Notes: generated from the sequence alone by a model not told the origin. A stretch of 59,357 nt of DNA, filler included, from Sphacelaria rigidula (GCA_964200075.2; 9 parts of 9 records of this genome joined end to end with filler, not necessarily neighbours in it), one strand, 5' to 3'. Counted from the first letter of the whole stretch, positions 26,648 to 39,408 are shown. Made by a program: numbers and translations.

Positions 26648-26848
26648 GCTTACAAGGACTCGAAGGTGTGTAACGTGCTGATGATGCGTGAGATGGACAA
26701 GCGCTACAAGGACAGCGGCATGATCGTCAGCGCTTTGTTCCCGGGCTGCATCGCCGAGTCGCCGCTGTTCCGGGAGAAGCGAGGCTGGTTCCGTACGCTG
26801 TTCCCGCTTTTCCAAAAGTACATCACAAAGCAGTTCGTCACCACGGAG
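26648..26848 (+). CDS. POR: Light-dependent protochlorophyllide oxidoreductase, penultimate exon
   Basis: cag|...|gtcagt, 201 nt, phase 0. AYKDSKVCNVLMMREMDKRY..SALFPGCIAESPLFREKRGWFRTLFPLFQKYITK contains the LPOR YKDSK catalytic motif and PGCIA. Confidence 0.95.
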
Positions 26849-28360
26849 GTCAGTCAGTTAGCCCTTCTGTCTAGCCTGGTGGCGTGTCGAGCCAATCAGT
26901 CAAATGTCCCTGGTGGAACTCTTGAAAAACATCGTAAACTCCCGTATGCGAGCTTTCGTCACTGGAAAAACGTCACTTGGAGTTGGGTGCACGAATCTGT
27001 CCCATTTGGTATGCTTGAACTCGAGAGTGGCGCACCGCTTTGGTAGGCTGCATCATCAATAGTTGGAGAAAAACAACCATATCTTGCCCAAGAAAACGTC
27101 AATTGTGAATCTCCATTTTGCCATGAACGGTTGCGAAAGCTTCGAAGTGTGAGGGTGTTTTCACTTCCCAATTTTTTCGACGGTATTTTTCGCTGGTCGT
27201 TTCGTGAATCTCTCGGCCGCCAGGGTCGATCGTGCTGTGAATCAGCATCATTTTCACTCCAAAGTCGAAGTCGCACCCATATGATTCAATCCGGCAGTTT
27301 TTACAAACTTTTTTCATTCATTATTGTTACATTTTTCGGTTGTCATCACCGGAACTGGTTTTACTTCTCGTCTTCCCTTGCCGTCACTCGACGTGACTGT
27401 CTCCGTGTTATGTTTTCTGCATGCTGGCGTCGCGTGTTTTGTTTCTTATCGCCCTTCCACGTCTTTTTTTGCCCTACCGTACATGTTCCGACCACGTCGG
27501 GTCGCTCATGGCCGCTCATACTTTATTTTTCACTCGTTTTTCTTACTGCACTTTTGTCTCACTTTAGCGCATGATCCACACGGGTCACCTTCGACTAAGC
27601 AAGCGTTCAGGGCCCTGACCCCCTATCTGGCCAAAGCCCGATTTGACTGTTTGGGTTCAAAATGGGCTATGGTTCACCAACTTTCCTAGCGCAACGGCAG
27701 GTTTTTTCATTTGTCGGACATCCCTTTCGCCACGCGCACGTGGTAACGCGGAACATGAAGGCGCCCTCGTGGTAACCTCTCTGAGTCTCACCGCTGCAAT
27801 AGACCATTTCTCTCGGGGTGCACGGCGTCACGAGATCGAAGCGCTAAAGATACACGATACGCAAACTGGACAGTCGAAAAACGGCCAAATCCTCTGTGTT
27901 GACGAGAGATCGAAGCGTGTTTCTGGCGGGTGCTGTTTCATCCCAGCGTGATAACTCGACACACAGTCATTCCGAGGATATGTACGGAGAGGCTAGGGCA
28001 GGAGGAGCACACAAATGAACGTATAATACTCAGGGACGCCTCTTGTTGGGAGGTTGACGCACTACAGTACACTGAACGAAACCAACTCGAGCCTGCGAAA
28101 AGAAAGGCGAAATCCTATGTTTTGTTGGCGAGAAATGTGCGTGTTGCTGACTTGCGGTGTTGAGTCGCAGCGTGAACTTGTGCGCAATACTGAACGTATG
28201 GTCATGCCTGAGATATGTATGAAAGAGCCGGGACGCTATCTAGGTAAAGATGCTAGTCTTTTGCAACATTGTAGGTTGTCATTGCCTTGATTTTTTCTGC
28301 TTGACCATTTCCTGTATGTCTGCGTGAACAATAACACGAAATTGAACCCGGTGATAACAG

Positions 28361-28546
28361 GAGGCAGGCCGGCGAGTGGCCGAGGTGGTGTCCTCCCCGG
28401 AGTTCGCCTCATCCGGCACGTACTGGCGGTGGAACGGCCAGAACGCGGAAGCCACCGCGAGAGAAAATGTCGTTTCTGATGAAGCCATGGATGAGGCGCG
28501 ATGTGAAAAGCTGTGGGATATCAGCTCGCAACTCGTCGGAATCTAA
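28361..28546 (+). CDS. POR: Light-dependent protochlorophyllide oxidoreductase, last exon
   Basis: Acceptor aacag|; EAGRRVAEVVSSPEFASSGTYWRWNG..ENVVSDEAMDEARCEKLWDISSQLVGI*; in phase with the previous exon across a 1512-bp intron. Confidence 0.95.
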   Translation, partial: EAGRRVAEVVSSPEFASSGTYWRWNGQNAEATARENVVSDEAMDEARCEKLWDISSQLVGI

Positions 28547-30586
28547 ACGAACGAGGGCGAGGAGGCAGCGGCGGGGGGGGGGGGTTGCGTGTCTGGCGTT
28601 TTGTGGTTTCTCACGAGTAGGTGACGAGAACACGGTACGGCACAGGAACGCTCATGTGTTTTTTGCGCCCCTTGTTGTCCACCCGTGCGGTGAGACACGC
28701 GTTCAGGACAGACACAGCTGTGGGGCATCGTCGTTTGGGTCCATTTCGGTCGATCTTGGCGTTTGTCGTTTTTTTATTTCGAGCGCGTTAGTCTCGATGT
28801 TTTCAACAGGCCGTAAGTATGAGATGTTCAGGGAGGCTGCGTGAAGCGCCCGAAATTGAGGTACCCGTCGTCTTTTTCGGGGGTACACGCATTCGTGCTA
28901 GTGTTGATCTTTCTTGGAATACCACTCCCCCTCGTAACGCTCATCCCTTGTGAGCGTTGCATGAGCGGAGTGGCTTGGGCAAAAATGGCATTCGATAGCG
29001 ACAAGTAAGAAGGAGTGCAGACGAAACTGAAGTTGAAATCACACCTTTTTTCCTGTCTCATCGTCATCTCTCCCTTCTCGACCACTGCTCCGGAGAGAAT
29101 ACTCCCCCCACGTCGGAACAATTTTGTGTCATGTTTCCTCCTCGGGGAAGGGGCGCTCCCGTTCGCTCCCCTGTACTCTGAACTCTGTAAATTGACCCAT
29201 TACGATGGGTGAGGTGGCGAGCGGGGGAGGAGGGGACGGGGTCCGATACAAACGTGAAATATCAAACACAAGACTCGTGCGGTACGCTACACTTGGGTAG
29301 GGACGGTTCGGGATGTACGGGTGGCTCTTGACCGGCGACAAACAAGATCTCAATTGAAAAGGAGGAGACGGGTATTTGGGTTGTTTCTTTACCCTCGACA
29401 TGCTTCAAGGGCGTGCACTGGTGTGTTCTGTGTGCTGTTGTTTTTAACCTGGGGAGAGCGTTGTATCACGTTCACTCCCTGTAAATCCTTCGCCTGGTTA
29501 TTCGGTGATGTATTCCAGTCACGCACCAAGGAACCGTTGTCAGGTCAGTTAGTAGTAACCACGGCGCTGTGGTGTAGCCGCACACCATTCGCAGAGGGGC
29601 GGATGTGGATGTCATGAGCGTATGCGTAGGTCAATTGGAATTTCGGATGGTGGATGTTTGTCGTTGTTTGTTCTTGTGCTTTTTTTCATGGGTGTGCGTA
29701 CTCTAGAAGGTAATGATGTGGATTTTACGACTCTCCTCTGCTGCTCGGAAGAGGGGGGACTGCATGGGGGCTGAACCTCGGTGGTGCAGTCGTGGTGAAA
29801 TTTCTTTCCTAGCTCTACTGTATGGGTTCCTTCTGTTGCGTTTTTTTCGGCCGTTCAGGAAAGGAAAGTAACAATCTACAGATGAGGGGTGGTGTGCTCC
29901 GTTATCTCTAGCATCGCTTCTTCTGCTCAAAGTTGCTACTGATGCACCTCGAGCATCATGGTATGTACACTTCTAAATACACTCTTCGACTGTGTTTTTT
30001 TCTCACATTCCTGACCTGGTGACGGAACCATGTTCCACACAGCGAAGTTGTCATTTTGTTACACCTTTCAGATCCGTTCGCGAGAAAGGATGGGTGATGA
30101 AATATCCCGATCTGGCAACGAGGGTCCGCAGGTAAGAGCTGTATATCAAGCAGCAGCCTAGACACCATAGCCCAGGCGTAAGGAGCGGAATGCGAGGACG
30201 GTTGCGGTATGTTCACACATGAAGAAGGCAGTTTTCCCCGCGAATTGCAAGGATGACAAAGATACTCCCTCTGACCGAGAGTATAAGCAACATCTGGATT
30301 TCCGGCAATACAGGCAAAAATTTCCATGATATTGAGAGAAGGGTGCCATTTGGGCGCGGTGGACGTCGGACAACTTGGGCATACGATCACATATCACATA
30401 GGAGAGCGAAAAAAAAATCTGCTCGATGGGGGGGGATGGTGCGTCACCATCCCCTGATCGGGAAAATGGCGGAAATCTGGCGTGATTACACCCAGCGACG
30501 TGACCAACAGACTGCATGCCAAGTTTGATAGGGGTAATCCCAAGGACCGGACAATTAATGATTCGTCTGAAAATTACTTGTATGAT

Positions 30587-30783
30587 GAGTCGACTCGTGA
30601 CGAGTCAATCCCTAGGCTGTATTTCAGCGTTGCAACCCAGGTACACGCAGCCCAGACACGTGGACTGGCGCAAAAGTTGCGTGGATACCCCTTGGGCCAG
30701 CGATCAACTCCCCCCCCCCTTTGGGCAATCAGGCCGAAGCAAGCGTGGATTTGGTGATTCTTGATCGTGATGATTCGTCCTAA
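30587..30783 (+). repeat. Dispersed repeat family R1 copy
   Basis: Colinear with 2483-2680. Confidence 0.85.
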
Positions 30784-30926
30784 CATTGAACTAGTGCACC
30801 AAGTTTCATGGTGGTGCCTTCACCCACTGTCGAGAAATGCACAAGCAAAGTTTACGTACAAAAGCGCAATGATTTTTGTATGCGGGTCAAGTGCGTGCAG
30901 TCACAAATACAGGGCGGACATTCCGG

Positions 30927-30962
<36 letters not shown>

Positions 30963-31980
30963 AAGGATCGGAGCGTAGTGGGATCTGCGGTTTGTGTATC
31001 GGTACGAATGGTTACATATTGCAACGGATCAAGCTGCCGGATTACAGCGAAGCAGGAATCGGATTCAGCGTAGTCGGGAAAATGAGTGGTACCATATAAG
31101 AAGAGGAATAAGAAATGGAGATAGGTGCACGAGGACGTAGTAAAACAACAGTACAGTACAGCCGTTATTCAGCAATACCGCCAAGCAGCGCAGCAGGCGA
31201 TTTCGTTTCCCATCCCTCCCGCGTAGCAGGGGAAGTGGTATCTTGGTAATCATGTAGGATGGCAGAATGCATTTCTTGCAGTTATACGCCTACAAGTGTC
31301 AGAGGTTTTATGGACGTGCGGTGCACAAGGGGCACCAGAATGTAGAAATGTTACTCGAGAGGGAGACAATGTACCGTCTCTATATATCTTCAGTTCGGGA
31401 ATAACAGCAGCATTTCGCACCGTTTCCTTGCATATGCTTGCCGAAGAAATTAAAAATATATATTCCAGATTCACAAGAGGAGCAAAATATTATTTTCGCA
31501 CAAGACTGATTCATATTCTGGTTCCCTAGTTTGGTGCGTGGCAACCGTACGCAACTTTTTTTTTTTTCGAGAGCAAACCCAAACGGATCTATCTACCTGC
31601 AGGGATTCCAAACGTCCATCGTTCGACCTGACTGTTTTTTCAGCTGTACTACATTTTTTTAATTTTGATCGCTTGGGGGTGCGACGGCAAAGGCGTGCAT
31701 AGTGGAACAAGTGCAGAGCAGGTCGCGCATGGTAAGACATATGATATCAACCCGTTCACGGCAAGCATAGGTCATCCCTCTGTTGAATCCGCTTCGATTT
31801 CACTTCAAGTAAGTATCCATGATCCACATAGACAACCCTCGCGGCCAAGGGTTTAACCCTTCGTAGGTGATGGCGCTTTTTACTAGTACATAGTATACAC
31901 ACCCCCTCCCGCCCCCCGCCGCGCCACCCCCTGATTATCATTCAGATGTGATAAGTTCCCGACTTTTGTGTTGTACAGTA

Positions 31981-32150
31981 CACACCCTGGACAATATGTG
32001 GTCAATACTTGCAATACACAAATAAGCGTACAGCATAAAGTATAGGCCTATTGCAAATATTGCCGGCCGACAATAGTCGCAATAGGCCTATACTTTATGC
32101 TGTACGTTTATTTGTATTGCAAGTATTGACCACATATTGTCCAGGGTGTG
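31981..32150. mobile_element. 170-bp foldback MITE with 8-bp TSD
   Basis: ~73-bp arms cacaccctggacaatatgtggtcaatacttgc..ggcctattgc (one substitution, one 2-nt indel); TSD gtacagta at 31973-31980 and 32151-32158. Confidence 0.93.
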
Positions 32151-32193
32151 GTACAGTACCGCGGAGGGGGACGTACTACAGCCCCCCCCCCCC

Positions 32194-32510
32194 TCCATGA
32201 GCCAGTGTAGCCCGTGGCGGTCCCTGGAGGTAGCGACACCAGAAAATGAAGCAAGTCATTCGAGGCTGCTATCCATACGCAAGAAATATTAGCACGCTTC
32301 GGGCCGAACAATCGTAGCAGTATGCAGCCCACCCTTCATTCGGCTCGCCGAACACACCATGGCGGTTCGCGCGTGGTGATTGATCGTGAGCCTGGTTCGG
32401 CGAAAATCCGGTGTGCCCCGTGCCAGCTTTGTAGGGATGCGAGGTCAATGGTCTTATGACTATGGCTTGCATTATCATGAGTACACCCCCCCCCCCCCCC
32501 CCCCCCCCCC
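32194..32510 (+). mobile_element. Family A retroelement (~290 nt) between two C-runs
   Basis: C12 at the 5' side, then ccatgag..gagtaca, then ~C25; colinear with 53163-53447. Confidence 0.88.
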
Positions 32511-32854
32511 AAACCACCACCAGAACAAAAAAAATTCCCCCCCAACAAAACTANNNNNNNNNNCCTGGTTTTTATCCCTCTGGGTTGCAGTATCTTGAGG
32601 CCCCCCCCCCCCCCCCCCTCTCCCGTACATACCACCGCTGATTCCTGATCTTTTCCCCCCGAGAACGTTTACCCAGGCGAGGAGAATCGAGGGGTCGGGT
32701 TGTTGTGAATACCGCTAGCGACATGCGTGCCAATCTGGACCCTTGTGTGTCTCAATTTCAGTGTAGGCATGCTCTTGCCATAACGCAATGACCCGAAAAT
32801 CTCCGCAGCAGGCGTCTAACCTATTTTGACCACCGGTATAGGTCATCATCTGCT

Positions 32855-32933
32855 GAGTTGTTTGGAAGTGGCGATACCAGAAAATAAAGCAACTCATTGT
32901 AAGCTGTCATCCATATGCAAGATAATCAGTACG
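32855..32933 (+). mobile_element. Family A internal fragment at contig end (similar fragments at 46070-46145 + and 52852-52890 -)
   Basis: gcgataccagaaaataaagcaactcattg..gctgtcatcca matches the family A body. Confidence 0.75.
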
Positions 32934-34038
32934 NNNNNNNNNNNNNNNNNNNNNNNNNNNNNNNNNNNNNNNNNNNNTTAATTAATTAANNNNNNNNNNN
33001 NNNNNNNNNNNNNNNNNNNNNNNNNNNNNNNNNGTTTGCGGGTCCACTAAGTTCCTCAGGTTCAGCTCTGATTGTGTTAGACTGTGTGGTGAACCTTTGC
33101 ATGTGCCCCTGTCAACCGGACACGTATGTTCTCCTTCGAGGTGTCCGGAAATTCCCTCTTGAAAAAGGGATTTTGAAAAAGGGGATTATCTCCTTCGTTA
33201 AGAAGTGTCCTAAGAACCCACCTTAGGGCTCGCGTTATTTCAAATTCGTACATTTCTGATAAACTTTTTCAATCTACCAAGTGGTAACATGACCTGTAGA
33301 CGACTTGGCCAGTTCGCTGTTGCGGCAATGACGCATAATGTCAACTGTCCTAAAATGTGTTGTTGTCAACAGTAAGTGTCGATAGACAGTTATGCCAGTC
33401 ACATGTGGCTGACAACGAGCATTCCACTCACATCTCCGGGGCTATCGTTGACAATTCTCCCTTACAGTATTTTGTCCAAGGTACAAGGTACCTGTCATCT
33501 ACACGCGGAAGTGCCTCGAAAGTCTGAACGCGCTTTTGTTCATCAGCGAGAGAACCCAGAATACCCATATCACAACAACATACGAGCTGGGCCAGCCTGA
33601 AAACGGATACGAGCTCTCACGTCCGTATCTCAGCGACTCAGTAGTAGAGCCGTGATCCACATATCTCATCTCGTGAAGAAAGAAAAAAGGGTCTTTACTA
33701 TGCTAGTGAAAGGTCGACTCGTGAAAAACAAATCAGCGTGTCCCACCCTCTTATTTCCATTATGCCTTACAGTAGCAATTTCCCACACAAAAGTTCAACA
33801 CCACAAGTACCAAAATTGGGGTGATAATACTATTCCGAATTTCCGGGTAAAATTCTGGATCGTCCGTTTTCACCTCAGTTTTGATAGTTGGACTTTCAAA
33901 TTTGGTGTGATGCCCGTAGCTCATGACAAGAAGTCACGAGAATCTTTTCGTCCCAATGTAATTGTTTTTAGTATTCCCTCTTCGTTCCCCAAACCGAAAT
34001 TGAAAGTCCAACAGTTGAGGTGAGAAAGGTCCTGATAC

Positions 34039-34961
34039 CTACAGATCCGCTTCTTCTAGGCCGGTCACAGGATATGCCTCAGTCGACGCATTCGCGCTCA
34101 CCCCCGTACTGTTGAGACGTGTCACATCGAACCCCTTGTTCATCAGCGCCAAGAACTGGCGGACACTTGCGCGCTCGGCCAGGTCAAAAGGAGAAGCAGC
34201 GTCGATCGGGAAGGCTTTTACGTATTCCAACGCTAGGTAGCGGCCGTGGTCCGCTTTCCAGAGTTGCGTCTGCCGCAAAGCTTCGAAGTCGTCAACAACA
34301 CCATTAGCCCTACAGTGCACATGAACAGCGAACATGAACAGCACTCATGAAGAGGACACATTAAGAGGACACACGAATATGAACGGCACAAACATGAACA
34401 AAAACATGAACGGCATACACATAGATCTCAACAAAGACAAGGAAAATCACTCTCACGCTACACATACCGGACTCACTTCTCTTGTTGTAGAGCTGTGCGC
34501 GAACTGGTCACACCGTGGGTGTTTTGGAGGTGCTGTGTGGCACAAGAGGTTTGCTTGCTGCTGATGCGGAGCTTGGTTTCGGCAGTGCGACACGTGTCAT
34601 CGGCCATACAGATCCACAGCTGTTGTCGTTCCAACACCTTGTTCTTGTTTTTTGCGTCCCTCTTCCACTCGCGCTCTGGTTTGGTATCGAGTCTCACTCC
34701 CCAGAAGTGGAGAATGCTGGGCTTGCCGGTCGGCGCCGGCGCATGGTAAAGGCCTTCAGCAGGAACGAAATTGGTGACGGCCGCTCGGACGGCCTCGGGC
34801 ACATCCTCGGGGAAATTGCGAGTGGGTCCAGCCACTGATGCTGCCGGTGGGCCGCGGCGACTCGTGAAGATCGGCGCTAGTGCAGAACCTGCCGGAGAAC
34901 CTTCACCAGTAGGTGCACCAGCAGGTGCAGCAGTATTTTGCTGCGTACCGTCTTCACTCAT
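34039..34961 (-). pseudogene. Truncated hAT-like transposase: BED zinc finger exon (34961-34477), 167-bp intron, second exon (from 34309)
   Basis: Exon 1 HFWG..WICMADDTC..SKQTSCATQHLQNTHGV is BED-like. Donor AA|gtgagt and acceptor ctgtag|G splice in frame. Exon 2 IDAASPFDLAERASVRQFLALMN resembles the hAT PF..VE..F..L..LN segment. No DDE domain follows. Confidence 0.65.
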
Positions 34962-35169
34962 GGAGAGCCGTGTGGTGTACTGTTGTCGTGGTGCGGGTGT
35001 GTGTCAAACCAGAACAAAAAACCGTTCCGAATCTGTATATTGTAGATGATGACATCTTGTTGAGAAAAGTTTTCCCGAAGAACATCACATATGATTTTGC
35101 CCGCATGTTCAACTGCGGCCTCCGCCTCAATAGAGGCTACGGCACTCTGTACCGTGGACAACAGAGCAT

Positions 35170-35576
35170 ATCCATCGATAGGTTTTGTATACCACCACGA
35201 GAGATTCTGGGATGATCTATCGATAGCCATTGCCGCCATCACTATAATTGAAAAGCCATCTGTCGATAGCCACTGCTGTCATATTCGAAACACAGTCCAT
35301 CGATAGCTGTTGCCGTCACCCACAGATAGATAGATTTATTCGGTCATCCGTCTGCCGCGATAGCCATTGCCGTCATCAATAGACTTGGGGCAAAATCTAT
35401 CGATATGTTCGGTCCGCGGCGGCAATAGATACTTATGAAGGGCCACAGCAGACAGCTGCCTGGGCAAAAATGTTGGAAAGCACTCAATCGATAGGCATTA
35501 CCGGTGACAAACAATAAATGGAGTAAGCTGTCCATCGATAATAGCCGTTACCCACGACAATGGTGAGCTGTCACTA
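35170..35576 (-). repeat. Subterminal ATCGATAG(C/G)CA-type motif cluster and candidate hAT 5' terminus TAGTG at 35576
   Basis: About 8 variant copies of (at)cgatagcc(a/g)ttgccg upstream of the transposase ATG; minus strand begins TAGTG (YARNG). Confidence 0.55.
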
Positions 35577-36040
35577 ACAGCCGATCATCGAAATTGAGGA
35601 TGAAGCTGTTCAGTGAGAATGAGAACCCGGAGGATTAAAATCTTCGTATTCACCCCACATCTTGGAAATATGGTTCCATTTTTTCACCTACTGGTAGCTA
35701 TTGACAACTACTACACGTCATACAATTTTGGATTCCGACAACCGAAATGTTTGGGTACTACAGTAGTAGTAGTAGGTGAAAAAACAATTTCGGAGAATTT
35801 CGGCGATCCGATCGGATCACCTAAATTCTCTCAAGTTCTTTCTTCGCCTTGGACCCCGAAATTTCGGTGGTCGAAATCCAAATTCGTAGGGCGTCCAGAA
35901 GTTGCCGATAGCTACCAGCAGGTGGGTGAAGGAATGGAAGAACCATATTTCGAAGATTTAGTGTGGAAACGAAGATTTTGATTTTCCGGGCTCTCAACCT
36001 CAATGAAAAGCTCCATCCTCAATTTCGATGATCGGCTGTT
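35576..36040. mobile_element. ~465-bp palindromic foldback element
   Basis: 27-bp perfect ends aacagccgatcatcgaaattgaggatg; arms stay alignable to the centre palindrome gatccgatcggatc (~35804-35817). Confidence 0.85.
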
Positions 36041-36899
36041 CATTGCCGCTGATTCTATTTTTTTTGCTCTCACCACTCGCTGCTGCTTTTCTCCGAACAG
36101 CTGTGGTAGCTGTATATTTGATTCATTTTTCTAAAGTAAAATGAACAAAAATCGACCACTCGTCACCTGAAAATTGCCTTGTAAAATGTGGTTAAAGTAA
36201 ACGCATATATATTCTGTTCTAGTTCGGTCAAATCGCCTCAAAAGAAGCCCCTTTAGCGGGGTCCCTGACCACCCAAGAGGGGGATAGTGGTGGCGGCTCC
36301 GCCGTGACCGTGCGGCCTAGCCGCGGACAATAAGTATTGAAAGGATACACTATACCGGTTGCTGATGCCGACGGGAGGAAATGTACGGACTGACTGCGCC
36401 CGCTCCCAAAAAGTAGATAACGTCACATCACGAGGGTTGTGCCTGCCACAACGGAGGCTGTGACGATGTTTCTGTGAGGGTCGTCGTGGGAAGCATAAAA
36501 GGGAAAGGAGAGATAACCACGAGCAAGTGAGCAGTTCTGTATACCGAATCGCGGGCGAAAATGTCCGGTATTAGGGCCGATGCTTTGCCGGTTCAAACTC
36601 TGGATACACCAAAGTCTGACGCTTGCAATGATTGCGCTGGACGCCAGCGATGTCACCAGCACGTGTTCTCATGGTCAAGGCTTGGAGAACCTGAACGGAG
36701 GAGAAGCGAGTTCTCATCGGAGGAGGTTTTGATTTGCGCCACTTTTGCACGGGTTAGTCTTCTTTTTTACCGTGAAGGAGGAGCGAAATGTTGGTGCCCA
36801 ACGGTCTGCTTCGAAGCCGGTCCGTCGCGTGGCAGGTATTGCAGCTGCCAATATAATAACATGTCTCAACTCCGAAACGCCACATCTCTAATTGGCACA

Positions 36900-37900
36900 A
36901 AAACGCCGAGTGTGGGGCCTGTGCATACGATGCCTCATGTGCACAGGGGACACAAGAAATGTGTCTCCAGTGATTGAAAATCGAGGGATCGAAGATGTTG
37001 CGGAACCGGTCGCTGTAACCGCTCCCATTTAATGGGTTTATCGCCTGATATTTGCACTCTTCCTGCTGCGCCTGCTGCCGCGCGACAGTAGTGGGCATGG
37101 ATAAAGCATTCGCCATGGGGATATGTCACAACATATATCTTGCCTAATCCATCAGTCGTGGGGGACATCACCACGCTGTAACGAGCGTCTCCAGGCACTC
37201 TACAGACGCACTTAATGTTCGCGACGCATGATGAACGATGCTAACACTACCATTACTTGGGCTATCGTGGCGCATGCTACCGGGTGAAGGTAGAAACGAC
37301 CGCATGGGCAGCTCGTGCAGGAGTTTGGTGGGCCCGTCACGTCCACCTCCGCCAATTGCTGAGTTCCCACTTGAGAAGGAGCCGAACCCGGCCGAATCGC
37401 GGTAGAAGAGGGAGGCGGGGCCGCCATGGGGCGTTCGCCCGAGGCCTGGGGTTATCCTGGTAATGTGAGCGAGTTCAAGCCGTCACCATGCGGTATAACC
37501 GGCAACGATACCACCCAAAGTTCGTGGATGCCAATCTTAGCTGACGGTACATGCCCACGCACTCGCCGACAGTCTTCAGCACACGGGGGAGATGGCGCTG
37601 GATAGCTGGCGTGTTCCCTTTGGGGGCAGGACGGCAAAGGCCATCTGGCTCAGCAGGTGAACGGCATGAGCAGGAGGGTCCCGTGCAGTTGCCGAAGACG
37701 CGCAAGCACAAATCTCTCCCGCGGAGAAGGGGACTTGTGGGTCTACAAAGACATGGGCCATGCCGTACTAGGTGTGCCCGGGCAGCTCCGTTCACTCCGG
37801 TGAATATTTGTCCTGCGCCTGCCACCGACGGCCGCGGTTAACATCAGGGATCACAGCACACCGCACAATAGTGAAGAATATGCCACAAGTTCCGGACAGG
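36900..37900 (-). pseudogene. Possible decayed Cys-cluster (KDZ/CxC-type) transposase
   Basis: Broken frames give EICACASS..HAVH, SCTSCPCGRFYLH and HLRSLDFQSLETHFLCPLC..IVCTGPTLG; many stops; recognised by eye only. Confidence 0.3.
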
Positions 37901-39408
37901 ATCGAGATGCCCACTTCGCACGTATTTAGTAGGCGTAGTTGTGCTGAAACGAGACCTTTTCTGATGGCACAGCTTAGGGTAGTCTCACATACTGAGCGTG
38001 GCACTCAACCTCCGTGCGAATTTCTGTTGGATGAACGCTGGGCTGGTATCCTTGTAGAACAATTCCTGGGAGATACGGGATATTGGTGCCGTACCTGTGG
38101 GGCGAGTGGTGCGCCGGGGTTTGTGTGAAACCTGGATACACAAGTAAAAAGTTCGCCGTGCAGTTAGTATACCGATGCCGAAGCGAACTGCCTGTAGAAG
38201 TCACCAGAAGTCGTTTCGGCAGATTTTACACCGAGGGATTGACGCCTTTCACCGAGGAAGTCATGAGAATTTGCAACTCGTGCAAATATTTTGCACATAT
38301 ATTGACCCGCCATCTCTGCCGCCTGGTGGTGGCCGGGCATTCTTGCGGCCGACTAGAGGGAACGCGCCGGGCGTTCCTTTCACCTGTGTTGTGGCCGACA
38401 CGAGCCCCGCACCGTGATATATATATTACTTCACCGCCTCGTTCTAAGACGCCAGACGCACCACTGAGCTGAACAGCGCTGACCATTCAGCTTAGTGATA
38501 TCTGTGCCATCTTAACAACTGCTTGTCCCGGGATCCGATTATCCACGCAACGAATGCATGACCCATGTTTTTTCACGCGTGTTTCCCAGCGCCGGAGCAC
38601 ACGCCGGTTGCCGTGCGAATGAATCGCGATGTTTCGCTGACATTCCCGTCTACCTCCAAATTACCGCCGTAACGCATCCTTAGGCCATTGGAACAGAGTC
38701 GCACTTTCATCTTCATCGGCATGAGCAGTTGCTGGTCGGTCTTTTTGAGAGCCAACAAGGACGAGAGGAGGCCAACCGAATACGTGTGCTTAAACGAGAC
38801 GCCAACAAAACCAACACAATAGTGACGATGGCTCAGAGGAGGACGGGGGATAAAAAGGGGAGTAAGTGAAGAAATGTTGAAAGTGAGGATATCAATGCAG
38901 CCGAGGAGGGCAGAAAGGAGATGACAAAATGTGTACCAGGAATGTACCGGACTGAACCTGGAGGAGGTGGCAGGGATCTCCACCGCTGCCATGTCCGTCT
39001 TTTTCTTACTATTCAATCCCTGCCTCTCATTGCACCCGACATCGAGGTGGTGTGTTGTTATGAGGTGTTTTCCCTGTCATGTCTGGTGTATTCGAACATA
39101 TGCATGTCTCTTTAGAGGTACAAGGGTAGAACCATGCGATGATCATTGTTATGGTTAATGATCTCCGGTTCTTGAGTTTGGTCCCATTTCTGTTTGGCCT
39201 CGCGTATTGAGTGGGAATATTGGGCTCTGCCTCCAGTAATCCGGATGGTCGTTTGCGGCCCCGGAACTAATGAGGTTCGCAGTGATTATTTTTATTTTAC
39301 TCTGTGTCCGGTCTATGTGTTTTTTTCTGGATCCTATTCACTTTTTTTTCATTTCGCTGTACCTTTTGTTGGGTAGTTAGCCTGTGACCACGGGAGGCGT
39401 TCGTATCA

